Counted from the whole stretch's first letter, positions 1 through 10,683 are shown. The stretch is DNA of 60,578 nucleotides, filler included, from 4 parts of 4 records of this genome joined end to end with filler, not necessarily neighbours in it; one strand, 5' to 3'. Numbers and translations: made by a program. Notes: generated from the sequence alone by a model not told the origin.

Positions 1-584
1 GTGTCGAGCACTTCCTTGATCATTTCCGGGTCGAGTGCTGATGTCGGCTCATCGAACAGCATGATTTTCGGACTCATGCACAGCGAGCGGGCGATGGCCA
101 CCCGCTGTTGCTGACCACCGGAAAGCTGACCGGGAAATTTATCGGCCTGTTCCGGGATCTTGACCCGCTCCAGGTAGTGCATGGCGATTTCTTCGGCCTG
201 TTTCTTCGGCATCTTGCGAACCCAGATCGGTGCCAGCGTGCAATTTTCCAAAATTGTAAGGTGCGGAAACAGGTTGAAATGTTGAAACACCATACCGACT
301 TCACGGCGGATCTCGTCGATCTTTTTCAGATCGTCCGTCAGTTCGATGTCGTCGACAATGATATTGCCCTTCTGATGCTCTTCCAGGCGGTTGATGCAAC
401 GGATCATCGTCGATTTACCGGAACCTGACGGCCCGGCAATCACAATGCGTTCGCCCTTCATGACCTTGAGGTTGATGTCGCGCAGAACGTGGAAGTCACC
501 ATACCATTTGTTGACGTGGATCATCTCGACCGCGACTTCGGTATCCGAGACGACCATATGCGAAGTGTCTACAGTGTGAGCCAT
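1..584 (-). CDS. aapP: General L-amino acid ABC transporter ATP-binding protein (3'-truncated by window edge)
   Basis: Not in the ORF track. Manual translation from ATG at 584 gives MAHTVDTSHMVVSDTEVAVEMIHVNKWYGDFHVLRDINLKVMKGERIVIAGPSGSGKST (Walker A), later LSGGQQQRVAIAR and MLFDEPTSALDPEM. Last gene of the aapJQM cluster. Confidence 0.95.
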   Translation of the reverse strand, partial: MAHTVDTSHMVVSDTEVAVEMIHVNKWYGDFHVLRDINLKVMKGERIVIAGPSGSGKSTMIRCINRLEEHQKGNIIVDDIELTDDLKKIDEIRREVGMVFQHFNLFPHLTILENCTLAPIWVRKMPKKQAEEIAMHYLERVKIPEQADKFPGQLSGGQQQRVAIARSLCMSPKIMLFDEPTSALDPEMIKEVLD

Positions 585-603
585 TGAGATTAACCTTCAG
601 AAT

Positions 604-1758
604 TTAATTCCGGTGCCCGGTGTCGAGGTGACGTTCCATAAAGCTGGAATAGCGCGACATGGCAAAGCAGAAAATGAAAAAGACGGCACCTGCAAAGATC
701 AGCCCCGTGATCGGAGTTACGGGTGACGCCCAGGTTGAGTCAGTGAAGTTGAACTTGATAATTCCGAGCAGATCAAACATGCCGATGATCGAGACCAGCG
801 ATGTATCCTTGAAGATCGAAATGAACAGGTTCACAATCGCCGGAATAACAAGCTTGATCGCCTGCGGCAGGATGATCAGGCGCATGGTCGGCCAGTATTT
901 CAGGCCGAGAGAGGACGCGCCTTCGAACTGTCCCTTGGGCATGGCTTGCAGACCGCCACGGATGACCTCGGCCATATAAGCTGAAATGAACAGCGATACA
1001 CCGACAATGGCGCGCAGGAACTTGTTGATGGTCATGCCTTCCGGCAGGAACAACGGCAGCATCACGCTTGCCATGAAAAGGATCGTGATCAACGGTACGC
1101 CGCGCACAACTTCAATGAAAATAATGCTCAGTGTCTTGATTACCGGCATTTTCGACCGGCGGCCCAGCGCCAGAATAATGCCAAGGGGCAACGATACGGC
1201 GATGGCGAAATAAGACAGAATCAGTGTCACCATCAGGCCGCCCCAGTCGGATGTGTCGACGACAGGAAGACCGAAAACGCCACCATAAAGCAGGAAGAAA
1301 GCGACAACCGGCAATCCCAGGAACAGCAAGAATGCGTTCCAGCCCTTATAGGGCATTTTGGGCATCAGCATCGGGATCAGCAAAGCTGTGAACATGACGC
1401 CTACGAGAATAGGCCGCCAGAACTCTGCATCCGGATAGCGGCCGAACATGATCTGATCGAATTTTGCATTGATGAATGCCCAACAGGCCCCGCTCCAGCC
1501 ATCCGGCTTGATGCCGCCTTGCGCTACCGTGGCGCAGACCGAACGGTCCGGACCAGTCCATGATGCGTTTATGAACAGCCATTCGACGATTGGCGGAATT
1601 GCCCAGACCAGAAATATGATGGCGACGATCGACAGGAGCGTGTCTTTCGGATTGGCGAACAGGTTTGTGCGCAGCCAAAGCGCGATACTGTTGTTTTTTA
1701 GCGGAGCAGGCTGCTGCGCCTGCATTTCCTTGCGGACATATGCGAGATCATGCGACAT
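604..1758 (-). CDS. aapM: General L-amino acid ABC transporter permease
   Basis: Multi-TM protein; [30 protein letters not shown]-loop and [11 protein letters not shown] motif; operon position. Confidence 0.93.
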   Translation of the reverse strand: MSHDLAYVRKEMQAQQPAPLKNNSIALWLRTNLFANPKDTLLSIVAIIFLVWAIPPIVEWLFINASWTGPDRSVCATVAQGGIKPDGWSGACWAFINAKFDQIMFGRYPDAEFWRPILVGVMFTALLIPMLMPKMPYKGWNAFLLFLGLPVVAFFLLYGGVFGLPVVDTSDWGGLMVTLILSYFAIAVSLPLGIILALGRRSKMPVIKTLSIIFIEVVRGVPLITILFMASVMLPLFLPEGMTINKFLRAIVGVSLFISAYMAEVIRGGLQAMPKGQFEGASSLGLKYWPTMRLIILPQAIKLVIPAIVNLFISIFKDTSLVSIIGMFDLLGIIKFNFTDSTWASPVTPITGLIFAGAVFFIFCFAMSRYSSFMERHLDTGHRN

Positions 1759-1759
1759 C

Positions 1760-2953
1760 TTATCTCTCCACCAAAGCCATCTTGGCGTTAAACCAGTTCA
1801 TGAAGATCGACGTCAGAATGCTGAGCGTGAGATAGATGATCATCCAGATTGTCACCACTTCCACGGCCTGGCCTGTCTGATTGAGAACCGTTTTACCGAC
1901 GGCGACGATATCGGCATAGCCGATGGCAACGGCGAGCGAAGAGTTCTTCGTGAGGCTCAGATATTCACTGGTCATCGGGGGAATGATGATGCGCATGGCC
2001 TGCGGCACGACCACCAGGCGTGTGACCTTTCGCGGGTGCAGCCCGAGCGCATTGGCGGCTTCCGTCTGTCCTTTGGCTACCCCCAGAATGCCACCGCGAA
2101 TGATTTCAGCCATAAAGGCAGCGGTATAGAGAGACAGAGCCAGATAAAGCGACATGAATTCCGGGCCGAGAACAGCACCGCCTTGCAAATTAAAGCGGCC
2201 TTTGACCGGAATGTCGAAGGTGACGGGGCCGCCAGCCATGAAATAGGCAAGAAGCGGTAAAGCAATGAGAATGGCGAGACTTGCCAAAAATGTCGGAAAC
2301 GGCTGCCCGGTCGCCATCTGCCGCCGTTTGGCCCAGATATTCAGCGCGACAATCAGGACAATGGCAAGCACGGTTGCCGTGCCCAGTAACCAGGAACCCG
2401 GGCCAAAAACCGGAGCAGGAAAGGCCAGACCGCGATTGTTGAGGTATATATCCAGCGGTAGTGACAGTGAATCGCGCGCCGAAGGCAAGAGAGCCAGAAC
2501 ACCTGTGTAGAAGAAAAAGATAACGAGCAATGGCGGGATATTACGGAAAACCTCAACATAAACCTGGCTGAGTTTTGCAACGAGCCAGTTGGAGGAGAGC
2601 CGGCCAACGCCGACGATAAAGCCGACAATCGTTGCCGTTATGATGCCTGCGAGTGAAACGATGATCGTGTTAACGATGCCGATCCAAAGCGCGCGCCCGT
2701 AGCTCATGTCGTTATTGTATGAAACGGGCGTTTGGGCGATGTCGAACCCGGCACGATTATCCAGAAAACCGAAACCTGAGGCTATGCCGGCGTTCTGCAG
2801 GTTTCGTATTGTATTGTCGGTCACCCACCAGACAAAGCCGACGACCACGATCACCGTTATGAGCTGGTAGAAGAAACCCCTTACAGCAGGGTTGTAAAGA
2901 AGCGCGGTCGCCCGCGACCCCCGGAAGGGAGCGTTGCTTGTCGATTCAGCCAT
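1760..2953 (-). CDS. aapQ: General L-amino acid ABC transporter permease
   Basis: [34 protein letters not shown] and [13 protein letters not shown] motifs; lies between aapJ and aapM. Confidence 0.93.
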   Translation of the reverse strand: MAESTSNAPFRGSRATALLYNPAVRGFFYQLITVIVVVGFVWWVTDNTIRNLQNAGIASGFGFLDNRAGFDIAQTPVSYNNDMSYGRALWIGIVNTIIVSLAGIITATIVGFIVGVGRLSSNWLVAKLSQVYVEVFRNIPPLLVIFFFYTGVLALLPSARDSLSLPLDIYLNNRGLAFPAPVFGPGSWLLGTATVLAIVLIVALNIWAKRRQMATGQPFPTFLASLAILIALPLLAYFMAGGPVTFDIPVKGRFNLQGGAVLGPEFMSLYLALSLYTAAFMAEIIRGGILGVAKGQTEAANALGLHPRKVTRLVVVPQAMRIIIPPMTSEYLSLTKNSSLAVAIGYADIVAVGKTVLNQTGQAVEVVTIWMIIYLTLSILTSIFMNWFNAKMALVER

Positions 2954-2991
2954 ATTTTCCCCGGTTGCCCGTGTTGGGCTATTTTTATGAA

Positions 2992-3019
2992 GGCACAGGC
3001 CAGGACACCGCCCTGTGCC
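2992..3019 (-). terminator. Intercistronic stem-loop after aapJ (mRNA stabiliser or partial terminator)
   Basis: Inverted repeat GGCACAGG...CCTGTGCC between the binding-protein gene and the permease genes. Confidence 0.4.
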
Positions 3020-3050
3020 AATTCCGAGATAATATAAAGGGTTTTAACGT

Positions 3051-4079
3051 TTAGCGGATCGGCGGGCCGTACTGCAGACCGCCATTGGTCCAAAGAGCAT
3101 TCAGGCCACGTTCGATCTTGAGCGGGCTGCCCTGGCCGACATCAGCCTCAAACACTTCGCCGTAGTTACCGACAGTCTTGATGATGTTGTAGGCCCACTT
3201 CTCGTCTAGCCCGAGGTCAGCACCCATTTTACCATCAGTTTCGGTGCCGAGAAGACGCTTGATCCCTGGATTGTCCGATGTCTCGGCGATCTCGTCGACA
3301 TTTTCCGATGTGATGCCGAATTCTTCGGCATTGACCATGGCGTAATGCGTCCATGTCACCACGTCTCCCCACTGGTCATCACCCTGGCGCCACGCCGGGC
3401 CAAGCGGTTCTTTCGAGATGATTTCCGGCAGAATGATGTAGTTGTCCGGGTCCGTCAAAGTCAGACGGATCGCATAAAGGCCTGACTGGTCGGTCGTGTA
3501 AACGTCGCAACGACCCTGGTTGAAAGCGTTGTTGACGTCTTCAAGGGCTTCAAAAACCACCGGATTGTATTCCATTCCGTTGGATTTGAAGTAATCGGCG
3601 AGGTTCAGTTCGGTTGTCGTGCCAGACTGTACGCAAACCGCGGCGCCGGAGAGTTCCTTGGCTGAAGAAACGCCAAGATCCTTGGACACCATGAAGCCTT
3701 GCCCATCATAGTAGTTGACGGTGCGGAAATCGAGTCCGAGCGATGTATCGCGCGAGAGCGTCCATGTTGTGTTACGCGTCAGAACATCGACCTCGCCGGA
3801 CTGAAGCGCCGGAAAGCGGTCGGTTGCGGTCAAAGCAACGAACTTGGCTTTGGACGGATCGCCGAAAATGGCCGCCGCAATGGCGCGGCAATAGTCAACA
3901 TCAAGCCCGGACCAGTTTCCGTCGCTGTCAGGCGCGGAAAAGCCCTGAAGGCCCGTGCTGACTCCGCATGTGACGAATCCCTTCTCCTTGACGTCGTCGA
4001 GCGTTGCGGCTGATGCGGCATGTGCCCCAAAACCGAAGACCGCTGCGCCGATGGCGGCTGACAGAAGCGTCTTTTTCAT
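3051..4079 (-). CDS. aapJ: General L-amino acid ABC transporter substrate-binding protein
   Basis: Signal peptide MKKTLLSAAIGAAVFGFGAHAASA; RNTTWTLSRD, GTTTELNLADYF and PEIISKEPLGP motifs. Start moved to the ATG at 4079. Confidence 0.95.
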   Translation of the reverse strand: MKKTLLSAAIGAAVFGFGAHAASAATLDDVKEKGFVTCGVSTGLQGFSAPDSDGNWSGLDVDYCRAIAAAIFGDPSKAKFVALTATDRFPALQSGEVDVLTRNTTWTLSRDTSLGLDFRTVNYYDGQGFMVSKDLGVSSAKELSGAAVCVQSGTTTELNLADYFKSNGMEYNPVVFEALEDVNNAFNQGRCDVYTTDQSGLYAIRLTLTDPDNYIILPEIISKEPLGPAWRQGDDQWGDVVTWTHYAMVNAEEFGITSENVDEIAETSDNPGIKRLLGTETDGKMGADLGLDEKWAYNIIKTVGNYGEVFEADVGQGSPLKIERGLNALWTNGGLQYGPPIR

Positions 4080-4458
4080 TTTCCCAACCTTTGTTTTATC
4101 ATTGAAAAGTAAAGCAGCCATTCCCCAAGACTAGTCGCAATCTGGAAGGGGTGTCGGCTGCTGCCCGGCAAACCCCTCGGTGCGAGCTCTGGTATCTCAT
4201 GCGTATTTTTCCAGATGGTCAAGACTCGGTTTTGAAAAACGAACCGAATTGTTCGAAAACGTCTACTTTCGTATAATTTTTAGGCAGTGTTTCAAAAGTT
4301 AATCATGATTTTGACTGCGAATACGGCACGAACTTCTGACGAAAAGTAATATCTTTTCACGCAACTTGTGCGGCTATGCGCTCGCTTGACTTGACCATGG
4401 CTGTGTGACGATTCAAAACACTGTTCAGAAAAAATCTTCAACAGTGTGATTCAATTCC

Positions 4459-5646
4459 ATGTCCCAGAAATTCGACGCGGCATCCAAGGCCGGAGACAAT
4501 ACCAAGCTTGCCCATAGCGGGCATGACCCGCAATCTTTTCACGGTTTCGTCAATCCGCCTGTCGTCCACGCGTCAACTGTGCTTTTTCCAGATGTTGAGA
4601 CGGCGGTTTCGGGCAAGTCCAGATACACTTATGGTACCCACGGCACGCCGACGACAGATGCTGTTTGCGAGGCGTTCAATACGCTGGAAAATGCTGCCGG
4701 AACGTTGCTTTATCCCTCCGGTCTTGCGTCGATCACCATGCCCTGGTTGGCGGTTCTGTCGCCGGGCGATCATGTTCTGATTACCGATTCGGCTTATGAT
4801 CCGGCACGCCGATTTGCCGATAGGTATCTGAGGCGTATGGGGGTTGAGGTTGAGTATTACCACCCTGATACCGGTGCTGAGATCGAGAAGCTGTTCCGGC
4901 CCAATACGCGATTGCTGCATACTGAAGCGCCGGGTTCTCATACGTTCGAGATGCAGGATATCCGCCTGCTTTCCGATATTGCCCATTCCAAAGATGCGAT
5001 TGTGTCTATGGACAACACATGGGCGACGCCGCTCTTTTTCCGGCCGCTGGATTTTGGCGTTGACCTGTCGCTGAATGCCGCAACGAAATATCCATCTGGC
5101 CATTCCGACATTCTGATGGGTACGGCGTCGGCTAATGAACGCTATTTTGAGCAGCTCTACGACAACTATACCTGGATGGGGCTTTGCGCTGCTCCCGATG
5201 ATGCGTATCAGATCCTGCGTGGCCTCAGGACTATGGGTGTTCGGCTGGCGCATCACTATCAAAGCGGGTTAAAGATTGCGCGCTGGCTGGAAGAGCAGCC
5301 GGAAGTCTCGCGTGTTCTTCATCCGGCGCTTGGGAGCTTTCCCGGCCATGAAATCTGGAAACGCGACTTCATCGGTGCCAGCGGATTGTTTTCGATTGTC
5401 CTGAAAGCTTCGGAAGGCGAGTTTCGCGCCAGACAGCACGCATTTATCGATGCCCTGGAGATTTTCGGGATTGGGTATTCATGGGGCGGTTACGAATCGC
5501 TTGCCGTGCCGTCGAACCTTACCAGCCGTACAGTTTGCAAGGCGCCGGAAGATGGCCCCGTCATCCGCCTCCATATCGGCCTTGAAAATGTTGAGGATCT
5601 GATCGCGGATCTAGAAAAAGGGCTGGCTGCTGCCGGACGTGCTTGA
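4459..5646 (+). CDS. metC: Cystathionine beta-lyase
   Basis: VNPPVVHASTVLF, DNTWATPL, ATKYPSGHSD (PLP lysine) and GYSWGGYESL; divergent from aapJ as usual in rhizobia. Confidence 0.93.
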   Translation: MSQKFDAASKAGDNTKLAHSGHDPQSFHGFVNPPVVHASTVLFPDVETAVSGKSRYTYGTHGTPTTDAVCEAFNTLENAAGTLLYPSGLASITMPWLAVLSPGDHVLITDSAYDPARRFADRYLRRMGVEVEYYHPDTGAEIEKLFRPNTRLLHTEAPGSHTFEMQDIRLLSDIAHSKDAIVSMDNTWATPLFFRPLDFGVDLSLNAATKYPSGHSDILMGTASANERYFEQLYDNYTWMGLCAAPDDAYQILRGLRTMGVRLAHHYQSGLKIARWLEEQPEVSRVLHPALGSFPGHEIWKRDFIGASGLFSIVLKASEGEFRARQHAFIDALEIFGIGYSWGGYESLAVPSNLTSRTVCKAPEDGPVIRLHIGLENVEDLIADLEKGLAAAGRA

Positions 5647-5700
5647 GAAAACGGTTTGAGACTGTGATTCAGGGCGTTGAAAAAAATAATATTCAGCGTC

Positions 5701-6870
5701 CTATATCCGGTTAATACCATAAGCCTGATAACCGTAAAGCCAGTCAAAATCAGCGGTCAGCGATTCCGGAGAGCGCAGCTTCAGAACCAGATCGCGTGCC
5801 AGCCGGGCCGGGCCCGCTGCATGATAGGCAAAGCGATTGAAATTCGTGCGTTTCTTAAGCTTTTCGAGGCGGGGTTTTCGGTGTGCCACGAAAGCGCGGA
5901 ACGCTTCCGGCACAGCTTTTTCTGACAGAAAAGCGGAAAGTTCGAAGGCGTCTTCAATCGCCATGGCTGCACCTTGCGCCGAAAATGGCATCATGGCGTG
6001 AACGGCGTCTCCGATGACGATTGTGTCTGTGTCATTATGCCATTTGCCTTCGCCTACTTCATAAAGCGGCCAGAAGGTTGGCGTTGACTTGGAAAAGAGC
6101 CGCTTCAATGCTGGGTTCCAGTCACCAAAATGCTGGTTGAGTGCTGTTTTCCAACTGCTGTCGACTTCTGTGTGCCAAGCTTCCCCGGCACTGGCGCCAG
6201 CGGCAATGGCGACGAGGTTAAATCCACCGACGTCCCGCAGCGGGTAGGCGACCAGGTGCGCATTTTTTCCCATGAAAGCGGTGACCGTATTGCGGCTGAG
6301 AACGCCGGGTGCATCTTCCGAAGACAATACGAAGCGCCATGCGATGTTGCCGGAGAAGTGCGCGGTGGGGGCGCCTGAGATTTGACGGCGACTATGGGAC
6401 CACACCCCATCTGCGCAGATGATGACATCCGGCTTTCTGTCTGCGATTGCAGAGGCCGTGTCGATGTCGGCCCGGTCAATACGTGCACCAAGTTTAAGTT
6501 TGCACAGCGGTTCATTCAAAACCGCGTTTTTAAGGGCTGCCTGCAAGGTGGCGCGATGCAACACACCGTAAGGTGCGTGCCAGCGCGAACGTGAATCGCC
6601 GACCGGCACATAAGCGATCTGTCTGAGACTGCGGCCAGAGGCAAGCGCGACACGCTCAGGCTCCCGCCATTGAGAGACAAGCCGCTCCAGAACGCCGATC
6701 TTGTCCAGGCAGCGTGCGGCATTCGGCGAAATCTGCAGTCCTGCGCCAACTTCTGCGAGATCGTCGGCCTGCTCGAAAATTTCGCTTGATATGCCGTGGC
6801 GCGCGAGCGATAGGGCAGCCGTGAGTCCGGCGATACCGGCTCCTACAATTGCAGTATGTCCCGCTTTCAT
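5701..6870 (-). CDS. FAD-dependent monooxygenase (salicylate hydroxylase-like)
   Basis: GAGIAG Rossmann motif, CADG and GDAVHAMMPFSAQGAAMAIEDA fingerprints. Start placed at MKAGHT (6870). Confidence 0.85.
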   Translation of the reverse strand: MKAGHTAIVGAGIAGLTAALSLARHGISSEIFEQADDLAEVGAGLQISPNAARCLDKIGVLERLVSQWREPERVALASGRSLRQIAYVPVGDSRSRWHAPYGVLHRATLQAALKNAVLNEPLCKLKLGARIDRADIDTASAIADRKPDVIICADGVWSHSRRQISGAPTAHFSGNIAWRFVLSSEDAPGVLSRNTVTAFMGKNAHLVAYPLRDVGGFNLVAIAAGASAGEAWHTEVDSSWKTALNQHFGDWNPALKRLFSKSTPTFWPLYEVGEGKWHNDTDTIVIGDAVHAMMPFSAQGAAMAIEDAFELSAFLSEKAVPEAFRAFVAHRKPRLEKLKKRTNFNRFAYHAAGPARLARDLVLKLRSPESLTADFDWLYGYQAYGINRI

Positions 6871-6904
6871 TGACTTCCCCTCCCGCAATGCCCGACTTTT
6901 CGGC

Positions 6905-7150
6905 TCAGGCCGCGACCACGCGATAGGCGCATCCGGGTGGGTTGGTTTCTTCACCCTTCAGTGCCGGATTATAGCGGTAAAGTGTCGAACAGTAAGAACA
7001 AACTGCTTCGTTTTCGTCGCCCATATCGATGAAGATATGCGGATGGTCGAAGGGTGAGGATGCGCCAACGCACATGAATTCTTTCACACCGACTTCTATA
7101 GCGCGGTGTCCTTCGTCATTCTTGAAATGGGGGATCGCATGGCCAGCCAT
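6905..7150 (-). CDS. Zinc-finger (zf-CHCC-type) domain protein
   Basis: C..G...PFDHPHIF...CSYC metal-binding pattern; conserved small Rhizobiales protein. Confidence 0.85.
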   Translation of the reverse strand: MAGHAIPHFKNDEGHRAIEVGVKEFMCVGASSPFDHPHIFIDMGDENEAVCSYCSTLYRYNPALKGEETNPPGCAYRVVAA

Positions 7151-7305
7151 ATTGGTCTCCGATTGCTTGAGCTTTTGGTCGCGACACTATAACTCTTCGG
7201 CGCAAATGTGTAGTGCCTGCGAGCCGTTGATGCGACTTTTGCCCTGATGCCAAAAGTCGCATTGAAATGCAGGCTTTCGATATTCCTGAAAAAGGAGCGT
7301 TGCCA

Positions 7306-8085
7306 ATGAACCTCAACCTTCCCGGGTTTCGTTTTTTTGAAAATGACGGATTGCGAATTGCCTACTTCGATGAAGGTGATCATAACGCGGCTCCTGTTCT
7401 TCTTATTCATGGTTTTGCCTCAACAGCGAGCGTCAACTGGGTTCATCCCGGCTGGGTGAAGACACTGACCGATGCGGGCTATCGGGTCATTGCCATTGAT
7501 AATCGCGGACACGGACAGAGCGACAAACCGCATGACCCGGAATCCTACTATCCTTCGCTTATGGCTGGCGATGCGACGGCGCTGCTTGATCACCTTGATC
7601 TTACAAGCGCTCATATCATGGGCTATTCCATGGGCGCGCGGATTTCGGCATTTCTGGCGCTGAGGCATCCTGATCGCGTGCGTACGCTGATTTTCGGTGG
7701 TCTCGGTATTGGCATGTGCGATGGCGTGGGCGACTGGGATCCGATTGCGGCGGCGTTACGCGCTCCGTCGCTGGATGATGTGAGCGATGAAAAGGGACGT
7801 ATGTTCAGAACCTTTGCCGATCAGACCAGGAGCGATCGCATTGCGCTTGCTGCTTGTATCGAGACGTCTCGTCAGAGTGTTTCGCGTGAAGAGATTGGAA
7901 CGATTAAGGCACCGACCCTGATCGGTGTCGGAACCAGGGATGATCTGGCAGGATCACCGCAAACACTTGCCGGGGTGATGCAGAATGCCGTTGCGCTCGA
8001 TATTCCGGGGCGCGACCATATGCTGGCTGTCGGTGACAAGGTGTTCAAAAAGGCGGCTCTGGAGTTTCTCGCGCGCGAAATATAA
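7306..8085 (+). CDS. Alpha/beta fold hydrolase
   Basis: HGFAS, DNRGHG, GYSMG nucleophile elbow and C-terminal RDH; AAGGAG RBS before the ATG at 7306. Confidence 0.88.
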   Translation: MNLNLPGFRFFENDGLRIAYFDEGDHNAAPVLLIHGFASTASVNWVHPGWVKTLTDAGYRVIAIDNRGHGQSDKPHDPESYYPSLMAGDATALLDHLDLTSAHIMGYSMGARISAFLALRHPDRVRTLIFGGLGIGMCDGVGDWDPIAAALRAPSLDDVSDEKGRMFRTFADQTRSDRIALAACIETSRQSVSREEIGTIKAPTLIGVGTRDDLAGSPQTLAGVMQNAVALDIPGRDHMLAVGDKVFKKAALEFLAREI

Positions 8086-8195
8086 AGCCGTTGGTTTCAG
8101 CCCTGCAAGAAAATGTGTAGGGCAACGCATTTGTAATCCCCCGGTGATGATCTATATTTGCCGCAAAATCTTATCTGCCGGAAACACAGGAGGCC

Positions 8196-9026
8196 ATGAT
8201 GGCCGCACGACCGGAAAAGAACAGCCGTGAGCAAAACCTGAAATCTGTCGATCCGATATGGGCAAGTCTTCGTGCCGAGGCCGAGGCTGCACTGGAAAAG
8301 GATCCCATCCTGGCGGCCTTTCTTTATTCGACGATTCTCAATCACAAATCGCTTGAAGATTGCGTGATTTACCGGATTTGCGAGCGGCTGGATCATCCTG
8401 ATGTTCAGGCGATCCTGCTCAGGCAGACGTTTGACGAGATGCGCCAGGACTGGCCGGAGTGGGGCGATATTCTCCGCGTTGACATTCAGGCGGTCTATGA
8501 CCGCGATCCGGCCTGTACCCGGTTCATGGAGCCGGTGCTTTATTTCAAGGGCTTTCATGCGATCCAGACACATCGTCTGGCACACTGGCTCTGGAATAGC
8601 GGGCGTGAGGATTTTGCGCTGTACCTGCAAAGCCGCTCATCCAGCGTTTTCCAGACCGATATCAATCCGGCTGCGAAAATGGGCAAGGGGATTTTTCTTG
8701 ACCATGCGACGGGTGTCGTCATCGGGATGACGGCAACAGTCGGTGATGATGTTTCGATTCTTCAAGGGGTGACACTGGGCGGCACAGGCAAGGAAACCGG
8801 CGACCGCCATCCGAAAATCGGTCACAGTGTTCTGATCGGTGCAGGTGCCAAGGTGCTGGGCAATATCGAAATCGGTCATTGCTCGCGCATTGCAGCCGGG
8901 TCGGTCGTGCTGAAGCCGGTACCGGCCAACAGCACCGTTGCCGGGGTGCCGGCCAAGGTGATCGGTACGGCCGGTTGCTCGGATCCGGCGCGGTCAATGG
9001 ATCAGCTCATTATTTCGGATGGCTGA
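8196..9026 (+). CDS. cysE: Serine O-acetyltransferase
   Basis: DRDPAC, KGFHA, DHATG, VTLGGTGKETGDRHPKIG and hexapeptide repeats; AGGAGG RBS. Confidence 0.96.
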   Translation: MMAARPEKNSREQNLKSVDPIWASLRAEAEAALEKDPILAAFLYSTILNHKSLEDCVIYRICERLDHPDVQAILLRQTFDEMRQDWPEWGDILRVDIQAVYDRDPACTRFMEPVLYFKGFHAIQTHRLAHWLWNSGREDFALYLQSRSSSVFQTDINPAAKMGKGIFLDHATGVVIGMTATVGDDVSILQGVTLGGTGKETGDRHPKIGHSVLIGAGAKVLGNIEIGHCSRIAAGSVVLKPVPANSTVAGVPAKVIGTAGCSDPARSMDQLIISDG

Positions 9027-9040
9027 TCTGAACACCTAAC

Positions 9041-9143
9041 GCATCGGCCCGAAAATCGGAATCGCTTTTCGGAAAGAACGATGCATAGATTCAATAGGTT
9101 AGAGCGTCCTTGGTGCGCTAAAACGGACGCACCAAGGACGCTC
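9041..9143. repeat. Rhizobiales intergenic palindromic repeat (RIME/BRU-RS-like), full copy
   Basis: GCATCGGCCCGAAAATCGGAATCGCTTTTCGGAAAGAACGATGC...TTAGAG followed by a perfect 16-bp stem, GAGCGTCCTTGGTGCG (9102-9117) / CGCACCAAGGACGCTC (9128-9143). Second copy at 22402. Confidence 0.75.
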
Positions 9144-9252
9144 AAGAACACTGAAATCCCGGTTCGTGGAGGAAAATCACTGCCGGGGTTTGCATCGTTG
9201 TGCCTTGCATGGCAAAAGCGCACCAACCGACAGATCAAACGGAGTTTGCACC

Positions 9253-9462
9253 TTGAAGCCTGACGAAATCAAAAAGCTAGACGCCTATTTCAAGCGCATG
9301 TTCGGTCCGGCCTTTGCTGTTAAGGCACGTCCGCGCAAAGATGATTCCTGCGAAGTCTATCGCGAAGACGAGTTCATCGGGGTTGTATATCTCGACGATG
9401 AGGATGGCGACCGGTCCTTCAACTTCTCCATGGCTATCCTGGATGTTGATCTCGACGGTTGA
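9253..9462 (+). CDS. DUF3126 family protein
   Basis: TTG start after GGAG; MKPDEIKKLDAYFKR...DEFIGVVYLDDEDGDRSFNFSMAILDVDL; usually found downstream of cysE in Rhizobiales. Confidence 0.85.
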   Translation: MKPDEIKKLDAYFKRMFGPAFAVKARPRKDDSCEVYREDEFIGVVYLDDEDGDRSFNFSMAILDVDLDG

Positions 9463-9560
9463 TCCGTCCGCACAGCCTTTCGATCAAGGATAACAGCGCC
9501 GGGTGATCTCTCAAGATCATCCGGCGTTCTGCTGTCTGCTGCCGCTTTTGATGGGCAGGT

Positions 9561-9594
9561 AAAAAAGAGGCCAACCTGCCCGGCAGGTTGGCCT
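9561..9594 (-). terminator. Rho-independent terminator on the minus strand with no annotated upstream gene
   Basis: Inverted repeat AGGCCAACCTGCC / GGCAGGTTGGCCT followed on the minus strand by CTTTTTT. Confidence 0.6.
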
Positions 9595-9859
9595 GAAAAT
9601 AAATTATTTAATAACAATAGGTTATTGAATAAGCCTTCAATAAAAGCAGCAGAAAAAGATTGGGCGAATAGCAAAAGCTGATCCAAAATACGAGGACGCG
9701 GATATCTTGAACTGAAAAAACGCATCCCCGGCTGCCCGCGATCACTGATAGTACGGGAAGGTAACGTTTTCATGACGTTTCGGGCTTGTTTTCTTTCGAT
9801 TTAGCATTTTCTATGTGCGTTCTGCATATTTCATCCAAGCGCATCAAAGGTCGATGTCA

Positions 9860-10681
9860 ATGCCGCCAGTTTCCGAAATTCTGCAACTCGTTGTTCTTCT
9901 GATTCTGGCAGGTGGTGTTGCCGGGTTTCTGGCCGGTTTGTTTGGCATTGGTGGGGGGGCAGTGCTGGTGCCGGTGTTCTATCAGGCATTTGCGCTGGCA
10001 GGTGTCGATGAAGCCGTGCGAATGCAGCTTTGCGTCGGCACTTCGCTTGCCATTATCGTGCCGACTTCATTGAGGTCGTTTCAGGCGCATTACAAGCGTG
10101 GCGCTGTCGATATGAGCTTGTTGCGCCGGTGGATTGTTGCCGTGCCGCTGGGTGCGGTTCTCTCGACATTCGTGATCGCCTATTCTCCGGCAGACGTGTT
10201 GAAGGCAGCTTTTGCTGTCATCACGCTTCTGATCGGCCTGAAGATGCTTTACCGTAAATCATCCGAATGGCGTCTTGGCGATGATCTTCCGAAGAACCCG
10301 GTGCTGTTCGGCTGCGGTTCGCTGATCGGTCTTCTTTCGGGCCTGATTGGTATTGGCGGCGGCACACTGAACAATACATTCATGACGCTCTACAACAGAC
10401 CCATGCATCAGGCCGTAGCCACGTCCTCCGGGGTTGGTATCCTGATCGCTCTGCCGACCATTGTCGGTAATGTCTGGGGAGGCTGGGGCAGGGCAGGTCT
10501 GCCGCCGCTTTCGACAGGTTTTATCAACTGGGCCGCTGTGCTGTTGATCATTCCGATCACCATGCTGGTTGCTCCCGTTGGGGCCAGAGCGGCGCATGCG
10601 CTCACCAATCGCCAATTGAGCGTTCTGTTCGGTCTGTTTCTGCTGGTGATTTCTGCGCGCTTTTTCTATTCCCTGATGTGA
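9860..10681 (+). CDS. Sulfite exporter TauE/SafE family membrane protein
   Basis: Duplicated AGLFGIGGG / SGLIGIGGG motifs, GTSLA and ATSS; about 8 TM helices. Start uncertain (9854 or 9860). Confidence 0.88.
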   Translation: MPPVSEILQLVVLLILAGGVAGFLAGLFGIGGGAVLVPVFYQAFALAGVDEAVRMQLCVGTSLAIIVPTSLRSFQAHYKRGAVDMSLLRRWIVAVPLGAVLSTFVIAYSPADVLKAAFAVITLLIGLKMLYRKSSEWRLGDDLPKNPVLFGCGSLIGLLSGLIGIGGGTLNNTFMTLYNRPMHQAVATSSGVGILIALPTIVGNVWGGWGRAGLPPLSTGFINWAAVLLIIPITMLVAPVGARAAHALTNRQLSVLFGLFLLVISARFFYSLM

Positions 10682-10683
10682 AC

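Noticed and set aside
9357..9773. 138-aa minus-strand ORF
   Set aside because: Overlaps DUF3126 antisense and runs through a strong same-strand terminator; a non-coding RNA explains the region better.
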